IMG/VR virus record: IMGVR_UViG_3300050142_000050
Coordinates: 160,001 to 224,000 of that record
DNA length: 64,000 bases
Direction: 5' to 3' (one strand)
Source of the DNA: a virus
Lineage: Duplodnaviria > Caudoviricetes
In this document: positions 11,253 to 21,131 of the stretch, piece after piece
Layout: every line of letters starts with the position of its first letter
Numbering within the stretch: position 1 is the stretch's first letter
Position numbers and translations under genes: made by a program
Notes under the pieces: model-generated
What the model was told of the DNA's origin: nothing
Seen by the model: the letters and a program-made list of their open reading frames with translations, nothing else
The model's database searches: none

Positions 11253-12937
11253 CAAATCCTATCCTCGATGAGACCTTGCTGTACAAAGCGGCTCTCCCTG
11301 CGATTTACGAACGCAACCAGATCTATGATCCGACATGGGAAGATCCTTCCTATGCCAACTACTCTGGTAAGCGTATCGTACCTGCGGTCAACTCGATCGT
11401 GCGCGATACTGACAACTCCCAGCTCTGGGTGGTAGCAGTCAGTACTGCTAATATCCCCTCCTATATCGCAGTACCGAGCCTCTCTGACGATGTGTCGGTA
11501 GCTTCTCTACTCAATTACGGGAATGCCAAACTACGACTCTACATTGACCGTCGTGCAGCTCCCTATCCAGTCACTATCGACTCCAAGTGTCGTTTCCTGG
11601 GTAAATCACCCAGGTCGTATCGTCTGTCGCGATATCCTGGTCAGTCTAACCAGACCATCATCTCGCAGCGCTATGATGCGACAGACACTCTGGTGTCGAA
11701 CCTGGTGCCTCTGTCTCCCATCGATTCTTCGAACACTAGTTGGTATATGCCCTCATGCAAGGTGGGTGTCGCTCTGGAAGACAATGAGGAAATCCTCCTC
11801 GAAGTCTTCGATGAAGCAGGTCAGGAACTCTACTCGGCCAAGCTCTTCGTCAAAGAGTCGGCTGTCATCAATGAGAACCTGTTCTACACCAAGCCCATCG
11901 CTGCACTCAACGTGCGAGCCAACCAGACTCTGGCCGATGGTACCTTCTACGTCTATGAACGTCAGGATGTCTTGTCGTTGGGTGTATCGGCACAGCTCGT
12001 ATACACCGATGGTACGACAGCGGATATCGCGATCGACAATGAGAAGTGCTTCCTCTATGGGGCTGAGGATTTCATCTCATCAGCACCTGGACTCACTCAG
12101 ACCATGACAATCAAGTATTTCCGTTCTCCCCACGAATCCATCTCTGCGGCAGCTGCCTCTTCCAATGGTGAGATGATCACCAAGGAATTCACGGTCACTG
12201 TCGTACCTGCGGAGACAGGTGTCTCCTCGAAGATCGTACCCGTCCCCTACTACAACTCGGCTTCTGGTCAGTATGTGGTTCGGTACTTCATGTACTTTGG
12301 AGATGGTTCAACCAGTCGTGATGTGACTGCCTATGTATCCATCATCAGCGGTACCCTCAACTTAGGTTCGTCTGGTTTTGGTACGTGGCAGAATTACACG
12401 ATCCGGATCAACATGCGTAATGTGAATGGTGTGATCTACCCCACCAACACGTATCGTACTCAGAACATCCGTATTCGATTCGGGGCACCTACTGCTCTGG
12501 TGAGCTGGTCCTTCACGGACAGTGCCACCTCGCCGTATGTGTATGGTCTGGACACAGCGCTCTCACGTCGTCCTCGGATCAAGTACGATGCTACTCTCAA
12601 CAAGTACTTCGTACCGACAGATCCGTTCGGAAACAAGGCTGCTTTCATCAATTCCTTCTTCACCATGGTATCGCCCATGTATGATGCGAATCTGATGTCG
12701 GCACCTCAGCAACCGACTCACTTCCTGATCCGCGATATCTCGACAGGGGCGATGATCTCTCCAGCTATGATTCCGGTGGACAATTACAGCCTGGCTTTCA
12801 ATATCGCAGAATCGATCGCTGGTCAGCACAACAATGCTACAGTCTTGGTGGAGTTCATCAAGCAGGTGAATGCCAGCACGAACTTGATTCTCTATGGTGC
12901 TCCAGTCACCGTTTCGTCTGGATCCTACGCAGGATAA
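11249..12937 (+). CDS. baseplate/virion structural protein (phiKZ gp26-like)
   Basis: 562 aa, ATGA overlap with upstream gene, beta-rich, synteny with sheath/tube cluster. Confidence 0.6.
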   Translation: MTNPILDETLLYKAALPAIYERNQIYDPTWEDPSYANYSGKRIVPAVNSIVRDTDNSQLWVVAVSTANIPSYIAVPSLSDDVSVASLLNYGNAKLRLYIDRRAAPYPVTIDSKCRFLGKSPRSYRLSRYPGQSNQTIISQRYDATDTLVSNLVPLSPIDSSNTSWYMPSCKVGVALEDNEEILLEVFDEAGQELYSAKLFVKESAVINENLFYTKPIAALNVRANQTLADGTFYVYERQDVLSLGVSAQLVYTDGTTADIAIDNEKCFLYGAEDFISSAPGLTQTMTIKYFRSPHESISAAAASSNGEMITKEFTVTVVPAETGVSSKIVPVPYYNSASGQYVVRYFMYFGDGSTSRDVTAYVSIISGTLNLGSSGFGTWQNYTIRINMRNVNGVIYPTNTYRTQNIRIRFGAPTALVSWSFTDSATSPYVYGLDTALSRRPRIKYDATLNKYFVPTDPFGNKAAFINSFFTMVSPMYDANLMSAPQQPTHFLIRDISTGAMISPAMIPVDNYSLAFNIAESIAGQHNNATVLVEFIKQVNASTNLILYGAPVTVSSGSYAG

Positions 12938-12940
12938 GTG

Positions 12941-12968
12941 AGGTAGGAGGGCTCACGCCCTCCTACCT
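12941..12968 (+). terminator. 12-bp hairpin, TCAC loop
   Basis: AGGTAGGAGGGC-TCAC-GCCCTCCTACCT followed by TTC. Confidence 0.7.
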
Positions 12969-13004
12969 TTCACATGCTATGATCAATAACTCACGAGGGC
13001 TATC

Positions 13005-14276
13005 ATGACCTATGTCCCTGTCAAAATTGTCACACAGATCGGCTCGACCCTCAAGGAGTCGACTGACCTTACCGTGACGCTCGAGTCCGTGCGATATGGA
13101 ACTCACTTCCTTGTTGTGGAAAAGCTGGAGCGTTACTACACCCTCAACCTGGCACTCATCTTCCTGAGGGAGACGGGTATCGTCATGACGCATCCTGTTT
13201 CGACAGGACTGACCACTCTCCTGGATGACCAATTTGTCACCAAGTATTTGGTGGACTATATCCCATCTATCAATTCCAAGGGTGCTTACAACAAGCGACT
13301 GTCGGTCCTCAATCCCATCTCTGATAAGAGATATGAGGTGGACTATACTCTCTTGGAGACGCCCACTATCCGCAATGACAACCAGCTCAAAGGAAGTCTG
13401 GATGATCTGGTGATTTCGAGCACCAAGGATCTCTCCAACTCCCTAGTGGTTGTCAACGGGGTATTCCATCGCACTATCCTCCATCAGGACGAACTCTTCG
13501 TCGTGGACGGTTTCCGCACGATGCGCGTTTCTGCTCACAAAGATGTCACTCTGATCGATACGACGGAACTGGGGGGTCACACATGTATCCCGATTACAGA
13601 ATCGATGGTGACCATTGATCAGTATAATGGATTGGCTACGATCGATGCAGGAGTGAGTATCGATGGTAAGACAGTACTCATCGTCATCGATGGTTATCTC
13701 TATCACATGGAGTCTAATGTCCTGATTCCTCTGGGAGGTCGTTTCCTCTCCCTCCACACGAACCGATTGGACCTCGTCCGTCAGTTCCGCAATAACCCCA
13801 GGACACTCCTCCATAAAGACATCCTGAGGGACGTCCCTGCTCAAGATTCGCGTCGCTATGATGATGCTTTTGATGACATCTTCATTTCCAATCCTATAGG
13901 CGTCCCTTTGGGGACACTCGAGAATGTAGGGTTCGTGAAGTCGCGTATCGCTCATTATCACAGCTTCCTGATCGTCATCAATAATGACAGTGTCTTCTCT
14001 GTCGCTACTGATGTACATCCTGATGCTGTCAAAGGCGTATACAAGCATTTTGCATCTTCGTTCTTATCAGGGGTGGTGAATCTAGGATGCGGACTATGTC
14101 CTTCCTATCTCATCTACGAGGAGGATGGGGGTTTCCGTGAAGTCATGGTCGATGATACTCATCGAGACTACGACTCCTATCGGTCTATCCGCAATCCCAA
14201 TTACATCTCACCTCCCAAATTTGTAGAGGACAGTGTGTTCTCGAAAGTCCGCTTCATCGACTATGTGTCGGCATAG
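13005..14276 (+). CDS. phiKZ-like virion structural protein
   Basis: 423 aa; LVVVNGVFHRT..LFVVDG and LGGHTCIPIT segments resemble a conserved phiKZ-like structural family. Confidence 0.55.
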   Translation: MTYVPVKIVTQIGSTLKESTDLTVTLESVRYGTHFLVVEKLERYYTLNLALIFLRETGIVMTHPVSTGLTTLLDDQFVTKYLVDYIPSINSKGAYNKRLSVLNPISDKRYEVDYTLLETPTIRNDNQLKGSLDDLVISSTKDLSNSLVVVNGVFHRTILHQDELFVVDGFRTMRVSAHKDVTLIDTTELGGHTCIPITESMVTIDQYNGLATIDAGVSIDGKTVLIVIDGYLYHMESNVLIPLGGRFLSLHTNRLDLVRQFRNNPRTLLHKDILRDVPAQDSRRYDDAFDDIFISNPIGVPLGTLENVGFVKSRIAHYHSFLIVINNDSVFSVATDVHPDAVKGVYKHFASSFLSGVVNLGCGLCPSYLIYEEDGGFREVMVDDTHRDYDSYRSIRNPNYISPPKFVEDSVFSKVRFIDYVSA

Positions 14277-14295
14277 TTAGAGTAGGAGAAATCCA

Positions 14296-15186
14296 GTGAG
14301 TTATGAAGAACTTCGTCAGCAGCATCTGACTGCTCTGGCATACAAACACGCTGTGGATATGCATGGGGTGTCACCGACACTGATCAAGGTCATGGATACC
14401 GATGGTAACCTGGCTACCGAACTGGGTCTGCCTGACCTGTCGGATACGCAACAGGTCCATGAAACGATCACTGAGAACTTCAGTCCCGATGCGATGCGTG
14501 AGATGGCTCTGGAGAGCCTCCTGACTAAGCTCGCTGGTCTGCTGGCCAAAGCTCCCAAGTTCATCGCCAAGGGCATGGTCGATCAGCTCAAGGGCTTTGT
14601 GTTTGGTAAAGCATTCGGGATGTTGGCTGGTCTGGCCATCACATCGGCGATGAAGATCAAGCGCTCCATGAAGAAGAACTCTCCGGTCTATTCCTTCGAC
14701 ACATGTCGTAAGGCTCTGGCTATCTATACGGAGGTCTCCAAACTCCTCAAGGATATCGCCGGTGCTTATCCGACTGTGTCGCAGGATGCTCCCTGGGATA
14801 AGATCCAGGCGAAGATCGATTCGGACTTCGAAAAGAAGATCGACAAGCTCTCTGCCGATCTGGACCCTCTCCTGGAAGTACAGCCTGGTCCCTATGACCA
14901 TTCTGGTTGGGATGAGCTCCATTTCGTCAATAGTGCTCAGACTGCCAGTAAGGCTGCTGAGGTGTTCGGCAAGAGCTTGGAAGTGTGGACCAAGAATGGT
15001 CGTCTGACCCAGGCTCTCATCAATCGCTTCGGCGATGATCAGATGAAGACTGCCGATCAGATCAACAAGGTGACTCAGTTCTACAACAAGGCCTTTGAAC
15101 TGGGTCATAAGGCTGACACCCTGGTCGACAAGATCCTCGTCGGTGTTTCGCACCATTACGAGCCTGTCGAAGCTCCCAAGAAATAA
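14296..15186 (+). CDS. inner head/ejection protein paralog A
   Basis: ALE(73)|S cleavage-type site, hydrophobic segment, SGW motif shared with the next three ORFs. Confidence 0.65.
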   Translation: MSYEELRQQHLTALAYKHAVDMHGVSPTLIKVMDTDGNLATELGLPDLSDTQQVHETITENFSPDAMREMALESLLTKLAGLLAKAPKFIAKGMVDQLKGFVFGKAFGMLAGLAITSAMKIKRSMKKNSPVYSFDTCRKALAIYTEVSKLLKDIAGAYPTVSQDAPWDKIQAKIDSDFEKKIDKLSADLDPLLEVQPGPYDHSGWDELHFVNSAQTASKAAEVFGKSLEVWTKNGRLTQALINRFGDDQMKTADQINKVTQFYNKAFELGHKADTLVDKILVGVSHHYEPVEAPKK

Positions 15187-15197
15187 GGATCGCAACC

Positions 15198-16205
15198 ATG
15201 GCTACTCTCATCAACACATCACCTTCGGCAGTGATGCTCGCTATGCGAGCTCGTGAAGTCCTCACACAAGAAGGTCCTGATCCTGCGACGCAGTGCTTCC
15301 TCAACTTCGATGAAGATCGATATGAATTCGAGCGCATGGGCGCTTTTGAATCGATCGATATGTTCACAGGTCATGAGAAGCTCCTCCTGACGACTCTGTC
15401 GGATGATCACATCCATAACTTGGCTGTCGAAAGCATCGGTGATGTTTTCAAGAACATGGTCGACTGGGCATCGGAGCATCCGATCCTCACCACCATCGGC
15501 GGTGTGGCGCTCTTCGCTGGTAGCATATATGTGACCACATCTATCCGCGAGCGCTATGTACCAGCTCGTGGTACGATGGATGTGATCCTCGACACCTACA
15601 AGGAACTCGTCAAGGTCGAGACCGAAGCTTGCGCTATGATCCCCAAGGATCTGAACATGCACAAGTGGGAAGACTTCTACATGTACATGGGTCGTGAGGT
15701 CAATATACTCAAGACAGCGACAGGTCGTCTCAAGCAACAGGTCGCCAACATCAAGACTGTCAAGTTCGAAGAGTCTGGTTGGACTCCTGATAACTTCTCG
15801 GTTTATATCGATGAGTTCGTCAAGACTTACAATGGTCTTTCGGAGGCAACTCGTGAGGCTCGCAATACCGCCAAGACACTGATCGCCATCCGAGAACTGG
15901 CCAAGCGTGCGGATCGCCTCTCCACGGAGGTCGATGAACTCGAGCAGAAGAACTCCAATCTGCGCGACAAGAACGCTCGTCTGGAACGAGAGAACCAAGA
16001 ACTCCGTGACCGTCTCTACAAGCCTGTGACCGGCTTCCGTGGAGCAGTACGTCCCGGTAGCACTGAGCCTGAAGATGTGATCTTCTATATCACCGAGACC
16101 ATGGGTGAGATGTCGAAGATCATTTCTGCATCGGCTTCGGTTGCTCGTCAGATCGTCCACTGGAATGATCGCATGAGCAAGAACTTCAAGCGCGTGGCGA
16201 AGTAA
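15198..16205 (+). CDS. inner head/ejection protein paralog B with coiled-coil insertion
   Basis: AVE(78)|S site, ILTTIGGVALFAGSIYV hydrophobic segment, EESGWTPDNF, heptad-like LSTEVDELEQKNSNLRDKNARLERENQEL. Confidence 0.65.
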   Translation: MATLINTSPSAVMLAMRAREVLTQEGPDPATQCFLNFDEDRYEFERMGAFESIDMFTGHEKLLLTTLSDDHIHNLAVESIGDVFKNMVDWASEHPILTTIGGVALFAGSIYVTTSIRERYVPARGTMDVILDTYKELVKVETEACAMIPKDLNMHKWEDFYMYMGREVNILKTATGRLKQQVANIKTVKFEESGWTPDNFSVYIDEFVKTYNGLSEATREARNTAKTLIAIRELAKRADRLSTEVDELEQKNSNLRDKNARLERENQELRDRLYKPVTGFRGAVRPGSTEPEDVIFYITETMGEMSKIISASASVARQIVHWNDRMSKNFKRVAK

Positions 16206-16207
16206 TC

Positions 16208-17083
16208 ATGGACAGTCTTAGCACTCATCTCTTCGACGAAGCTCTCCAGCAGCTGACCTATATCGAATTGACCAAAAATGGTCACATCGATCCGATGTTG
16301 GTGAAGTTCGTCCTCCATGATCAGTCGGTGCGAGACAGACTGGGGATCGAGTCTTTGGAATCCGATGGGGATATCCAGAAGGCTCATCTCCAGATCATGT
16401 CATCCATCGATCCAGCTCATACAGCAGAGGCTGCCCTGGAAGGCATCCTCGACTTCATTGTCAATGTAGCAGAGACGGTAGCTGACTATTCCACCAATAT
16501 CCCAACTAAGGTAGGACAGGCTATTACTGGCAGTGCACTCTTAGTGCGATTCGGTGCAACGTGGGCCGGTGGATATGTGATCAAGCACGATGTCTTTATG
16601 GACATGATCAAGACCACTCGCACGCTACTCGAATATGACGAGTATGTGGTCAAGCATTTCCCTGATCCGTCAGATGCGGATGCAGTGGAAGAATTCATGT
16701 ATGAGATGGGTGAAGAGACCAACCGCGGTCGGTTCTCAGTAGCTGAGACCCACATCAAGTTTCTCTTCAACTACAAAGATGTAGTGTCAGCTCCCACCTC
16801 TGGTTGGACTGTCGCCAATATCGAACAAGCTCATCATGAGATCGATAAGCTATATAAGCAGCTGAGAGACTCTGCAAAGCGTTATGAATTTCGCTTGGAT
16901 ACACTGCGCACATTCATCCGCAAACATGAGAAGGATCGTACTTACAAGAAGACGATCTCGAACATCAAGCGTGTCATCGATAATGGTCTCAAAGGTTTCG
17001 TTCTCTCATCGCGGGCAATCAAATACCTCGATAAGAAATTCGCAGCTGTGCTCAAGAAGTCTCAGGTCGTACCACACGACTGA
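16208..17083 (+). CDS. inner head/ejection protein paralog C
   Basis: ALE(78)|G site, hydrophobic segment, TSGWTVANI. Confidence 0.65.
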   Translation: MDSLSTHLFDEALQQLTYIELTKNGHIDPMLVKFVLHDQSVRDRLGIESLESDGDIQKAHLQIMSSIDPAHTAEAALEGILDFIVNVAETVADYSTNIPTKVGQAITGSALLVRFGATWAGGYVIKHDVFMDMIKTTRTLLEYDEYVVKHFPDPSDADAVEEFMYEMGEETNRGRFSVAETHIKFLFNYKDVVSAPTSGWTVANIEQAHHEIDKLYKQLRDSAKRYEFRLDTLRTFIRKHEKDRTYKKTISNIKRVIDNGLKGFVLSSRAIKYLDKKFAAVLKKSQVVPHD

Positions 17084-17161
17084 TTTTTTGAAGAAATATC
17101 AACCTGGTAGATGGTAAGTTTACTTCCACTATCCATATGTGTACACTAGGAAGGACATGAC

Positions 17162-17980
17162 ATGTCACATGCAAAGTTGTTTGAAGAAGCCTCGCAGGCG
17201 CGTTGTTTGCATCAGCTGGCCGCCAAGGGCCCTCTGTCGAACGATCTGATCGCGTTCCTGAATCACGATGGTAAGCTACTGTCGGATATGGGCATCACGG
17301 GGGTGGCTGTCGAAGATCTCGGTACGGCCACGGTTCAGGTCAAGCTTTTGAGCGCGCTTGACCCCGACTACATGGAAAACATCGCAACTGAAGGTTTCCG
17401 CGACTTCATCAAGAAGTACCGCAAAGCGCTCATGATTGCCGGCATCTTCCTCCCCTTCGTTTTCTGGGCCGGTTTTGCTGGTTGGGTCATCAAGCGCAAG
17501 GATGACAAGGTACCCTGCGTCACTCGCAAGGAGTTTGACACCGCCCGCGCTGCCTACGAAAAGGCTGCTCGAGAGTTCGAGACCTTGTTCAACAGCATTC
17601 CTCACGACTTCCAGAAAGCATCGTGGGAAAAGTTCTCGGCGCAAGTCGGAGAAATGAGCAAGCAAGACCTCGAAGGCGAGCTCGATACTCAGCCGTTCGC
17701 ACAGTCCGGATGGAACGAATCGAATTTCAACTCGGCGGTCGACTATCTCGATGCGCAGGTCAAGCACTGCGAAGAGGCTCAGAAGAAGCTCGCTGCGAAA
17801 CTGGCAGGAGTGGAACGCTATTCGGCCGACCCGAGGGCCGACAAAGCAGTACTCGCTCTGATTTCGCGCGCAACCGGATCACAGTCCGGTCTGTTCGGTG
17901 AGGTATCGAAACAGCTGAAGCGCCTCCTGCGCATCGGTAAGGCTGTATCGCGTCACTTCAGTCCCAAGAAGGACAAGTGA
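17162..17980 (+). CDS. inner head/ejection protein paralog D
   Basis: ATE(77)|G site, ALMIAGIFLPFVFWAGFAGWVI segment, QSGWNESNF; own leader and AAGGA RBS. Confidence 0.65.
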   Translation: MSHAKLFEEASQARCLHQLAAKGPLSNDLIAFLNHDGKLLSDMGITGVAVEDLGTATVQVKLLSALDPDYMENIATEGFRDFIKKYRKALMIAGIFLPFVFWAGFAGWVIKRKDDKVPCVTRKEFDTARAAYEKAAREFETLFNSIPHDFQKASWEKFSAQVGEMSKQDLEGELDTQPFAQSGWNESNFNSAVDYLDAQVKHCEEAQKKLAAKLAGVERYSADPRADKAVLALISRATGSQSGLFGEVSKQLKRLLRIGKAVSRHFSPKKDK

Positions 17981-18029
17981 TTTCGGGTCGTACGGTTTAA
18001 GAGGTCCGAAGAGGGACATGGGAAAACTT

Positions 18030-18057
18030 AGGAGTAGGGGGTCACTCCCCTACTCCT
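18030..18057 (+). terminator. hairpin, TCAC loop
   Basis: AGGAGTAGGGGG-TCAC-TCCCCTACTCCT then CTTT. Confidence 0.7.
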
Positions 18058-18120
18058 CTTTCTCCTTATACCTATGAGGTCCTCCCTGGAGGCTACTGAA
18101 GGACAGTTCTAGGAGCTCTT

Positions 18121-18885
18121 ATGTCGAGTCCATATACCAACCCAGTGACGACCATCACTGACATCTCCAAGTATTTCGAAAAGGACGAGACTAAGTTCTC
18201 CATGAAGTTCATTGGTGAAACCCTAGAACTGAGAATACCTCGTCGTTTTGGTACGCATGGATTCCTGGAGATCGGTGACAGTGTCACCACCATCGGATCG
18301 ATGGACATGATCTTCGATGGTAAATATCGCGCAGGTCTTAACATCCTAGCAGCGATCACTATCGAACCTACCGATATCGGTTCCATGACCTACAATGGTG
18401 TCGAGTATGTAGTGCTCCACCTCAAGACTGGCGACACTTTCATGACGTCCTATCGCGTCATCCAGAATCAGCGTGTGGTCTACGCTCTGTGGAAGGAATA
18501 CATCGAGTCGGGTAATGTACCCTACCACTATACCTACAACGACCTCCTCAAGCTATTCGATACAGCTAAGGAGATCACCGGTGCAGGTATCGGTGTGTCT
18601 CGCTCTGTATGGAGCGGTATCATCGCTCACTTGGCTCGAGACTCCGACAGCGTGACTGTACCCTATCGGCGTACGCCCATGGATAAACCCATGATGTTTG
18701 TCCCTCTCAACTCTATCTCCCTGGCTCCCAGTGGTACTGTGGCACGTATCAACGGTTCCTATTTCAGGGATCGTGGTACCGTGTCTGCACTCCTCCATGA
18801 AGTGACAGAAAAGCAGCCATTCGAAGATGTGCTGCGTGGTCTCCCACCGAGAGATGTGGGGAAAGGTCATGAGCCGATACTTTGA
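18121..18885 (+). CDS. virion RNA polymerase beta-prime C-terminal subunit (phiKZ gp176/SPN3US gp244-like)
   Basis: VWSGIIAHLARD...VPLNSISLAPSGTVARINGSYF...EDVLR aligns by eye with beta-prime region H (HIEVIVRQMLR...GITKASLATESFISAASFQ); adjacent to prohead protease as in phiKZ-like phages. Confidence 0.65.
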   Translation: MSSPYTNPVTTITDISKYFEKDETKFSMKFIGETLELRIPRRFGTHGFLEIGDSVTTIGSMDMIFDGKYRAGLNILAAITIEPTDIGSMTYNGVEYVVLHLKTGDTFMTSYRVIQNQRVVYALWKEYIESGNVPYHYTYNDLLKLFDTAKEITGAGIGVSRSVWSGIIAHLARDSDSVTVPYRRTPMDKPMMFVPLNSISLAPSGTVARINGSYFRDRGTVSALLHEVTEKQPFEDVLRGLPPRDVGKGHEPIL

Positions 18886-19147
18886 CGTCATCAAAGCCTG
18901 GTACTCCTTGCGGAGGTTATCACGAGAAGATTCCTTATGGACCCCTGTCTACCAGGAATATACTTCACTCGTGATCAGTACGATCTGCCTCTTAGGAGAC
19001 AGGCTTATGATGGATATATTCGCCATCGCCTACTATTTGTCTGTCATGGTTATCTTAGCTAACCTAGTACAGATAGACCACAGTTCATTAGTGAGTCTTT
19101 GTAGGCGGTATCTTTTATTTTTGGTGGACAAGGATAGGTCGCCATGA
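18869..19147 (+). CDS. possible small hydrophobic protein (uncertain)
   Basis: 92 aa filling the gap, ATGA overlap with protease start; no recognisable motif. Confidence 0.25.
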   Translation: MSRYFDVIKAWYSLRRLSREDSLWTPVYQEYTSLVISTICLLGDRLMMDIFAIAYYLSVMVILANLVQIDHSSLVSLCRRYLLFLVDKDRSP

Positions 19148-19992
19148 CTTCTACCATGCCTAAAAATATCCAGTTTCGTATGGAAACCCTGTTCACGGGT
19201 AAGAATGGTCGTGTCGGTGTGATCAAGCCCGATTCGAATGGTATCTACAAGGGCTTGCCCATGATGGTACTCAACCAGACGACCCAACAGAAGACCTATT
19301 ACGAACCTGAGTCGATGATGAAAGCCATCACCAACCCTGAGGGTACCTTCTATAAGAACTATGTGGCCCACAAGGCCTATGGTGAGTTAGGTCACCCTCG
19401 CTTCACGGGTATGGATAAGGATGCCGCACTGGCTCGTCTCATGGACGTCCAGGAAGCACGTGCATCCCACCTGTTCACAGGGATCTATACCGATGCTCCT
19501 GCATCGGATGGTACTATCGTCCTACGAGCAGATATCAAGCCAGCTGGTGAGAAAGGTGCTACTCTCAAGGAAAGCCTGGATGATCCCATCCAGAATACAG
19601 CTTTCTCACTGCGAGCATTCGTGTCGGGTCAGATGCTCCCCGATGGTCGTACCTTCCGTACCGTCCATGCTTTCACCACATTCGATGCAGTCCTGGCTTC
19701 TGGCTATGCGACGACGGATAAGTTCCATGCCATCGGCCTGGAATCGATGGGTAATGGGGTTGACGATTTCCATGAATATGAGATCGACATCACCTCGGAT
19801 GGTAAGCTCCTGATCGATGCCGTGGCATTGGAGTCTTTGGCTGATAGTGAATTGGCTGAGATTTTGGGCACCAATACTGTCGGGCGAGTGGTGCGCACGC
19901 GCACTCTGATCGATCCCGACTCGGGCCTACTGGCTCGTCATGGTGATCGGTATGCTCGTTCGCTCTTCCACGATCACTTCAAAGGACTCTGA
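19144..19992 (+). CDS. prohead (head maturation) serine protease, phiKZ gp175/T4 gp21-like
   Basis: YGELGHP (His), NTAFSLRA (Ser), TFDAV (Asp); C-terminal GLE|S and ALE|S self-cleavage-type sites. Confidence 0.85.
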   Translation: MTSTMPKNIQFRMETLFTGKNGRVGVIKPDSNGIYKGLPMMVLNQTTQQKTYYEPESMMKAITNPEGTFYKNYVAHKAYGELGHPRFTGMDKDAALARLMDVQEARASHLFTGIYTDAPASDGTIVLRADIKPAGEKGATLKESLDDPIQNTAFSLRAFVSGQMLPDGRTFRTVHAFTTFDAVLASGYATTDKFHAIGLESMGNGVDDFHEYEIDITSDGKLLIDAVALESLADSELAEILGTNTVGRVVRTRTLIDPDSGLLARHGDRYARSLFHDHFKGL

Positions 19993-19994
19993 TC

Positions 19995-21128
19995 ATGGTA
20001 GCTATACCTCTACCCATCAGCGAATCGGAATTGGAGATCGAGACTCCTTATCTGATCGCTAACTCCTTTACCATCGTCTTGGAATATCTGAAGGGTCAAA
20101 CCCGAACGAAGACCAAGATGGGTGGACAGAAGGTATCCAACACCTTCGAATATCCTTACGGTCGTATCGAAGGTACCACCGATTCTCATGGTGAAGAACT
20201 CGACATCTTCCTGGTGTCGATCGATGCAGATCACCTCGATGTTTATGTCATCGATCAGATCTGTCCCGATACACGCCTCTTCGATGAGCACAAGATCATC
20301 CTGGGCGCTACGACGCAGGAAGAAGCAGTCGCCGCTTATCGCGCGTGCTACGGCGACGCCGTGCGTGTGAACCGCATCGGTGCGGTGACCACCTTCAGTC
20401 AGGAAGACTTCCGTATTTGGATCGATGCCAAATCGGTGACCTACTTCCCTGCCTCTCACTATACAGGTCCTAAGGGACCTTCTGTGGAAGTCACCAAGTT
20501 CTTCACCGATCGATCCAAGCTTCCTCAGATCACACCTTCGGGTGCATTTGAGATCAAGCTACCTGACATCTCCAAAGGTCCTCTGATCAAGACCTCTGCT
20601 ATCGAGGGTGGTATCAAATATACCGCTTACCTCTATTCGGAGTTCTCGATCCTGGAATGGACCAATGCGATCGATGATCTGGTCCTGGCCATGCATGATG
20701 CCACTGAGTTTGATGAGTTCCATATCCGACTCATCTCACGTGGTGGTGCTGTCCATCTCATGGGTCGTCTGATCTCGGCTATGGATACCACCAAGGCCCA
20801 CGTCGTCACCTATGCAGATGGGTGTGTGGCCTCAGCAGCCACAGGTACCTGGGTAGCAGGTCATGAACGTCACATCTGTGAGGGTGCATACTTCATGCAA
20901 CATATGTCCTCACAGGGTGCTTCTGGTAAGACCACGAGCATCTTGCGTCGTGCAGGCTTCACCAAGAAGTATGTCGACCGTATCCTCGACCGACTCGTGG
21001 AGCATGGACCCTTCAATGAGAAGGAAGTCGACGACATGCGCAATAGCGAGTGCGATAAGTTCCTGAGCGGTCGTACCGCCATCGAACGTATCGGTGCGGT
21101 TTCCTATACTCGCGAACGGAGGGTGTAA
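19995..21128 (+). CDS. InPase-like domain fused to ClpP-like serine protease
   Basis: N-term YGRIEGT..HGEELDIFL..VYVIDQICPDTRLFDEHKIILG..EEAVAAYRACY (InPase); C-term RLISRGG..ADGCVASAAT..AG..FMQH..DKFLS (ClpP Ser-His-Asp). Confidence 0.8.
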   Translation: MVAIPLPISESELEIETPYLIANSFTIVLEYLKGQTRTKTKMGGQKVSNTFEYPYGRIEGTTDSHGEELDIFLVSIDADHLDVYVIDQICPDTRLFDEHKIILGATTQEEAVAAYRACYGDAVRVNRIGAVTTFSQEDFRIWIDAKSVTYFPASHYTGPKGPSVEVTKFFTDRSKLPQITPSGAFEIKLPDISKGPLIKTSAIEGGIKYTAYLYSEFSILEWTNAIDDLVLAMHDATEFDEFHIRLISRGGAVHLMGRLISAMDTTKAHVVTYADGCVASAATGTWVAGHERHICEGAYFMQHMSSQGASGKTTSILRRAGFTKKYVDRILDRLVEHGPFNEKEVDDMRNSECDKFLSGRTAIERIGAVSYTRERRV

Positions 21129-21131
21129 CCC

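Noticed and set aside
14371-16160. Long antisense ORFs (274 aa and 313 aa) opposite head paralogs A and B
   Set aside because: They mirror the sense genes in register, lack RBSs and read as shadow products of codon bias; the sense proteins carry the conserved motifs
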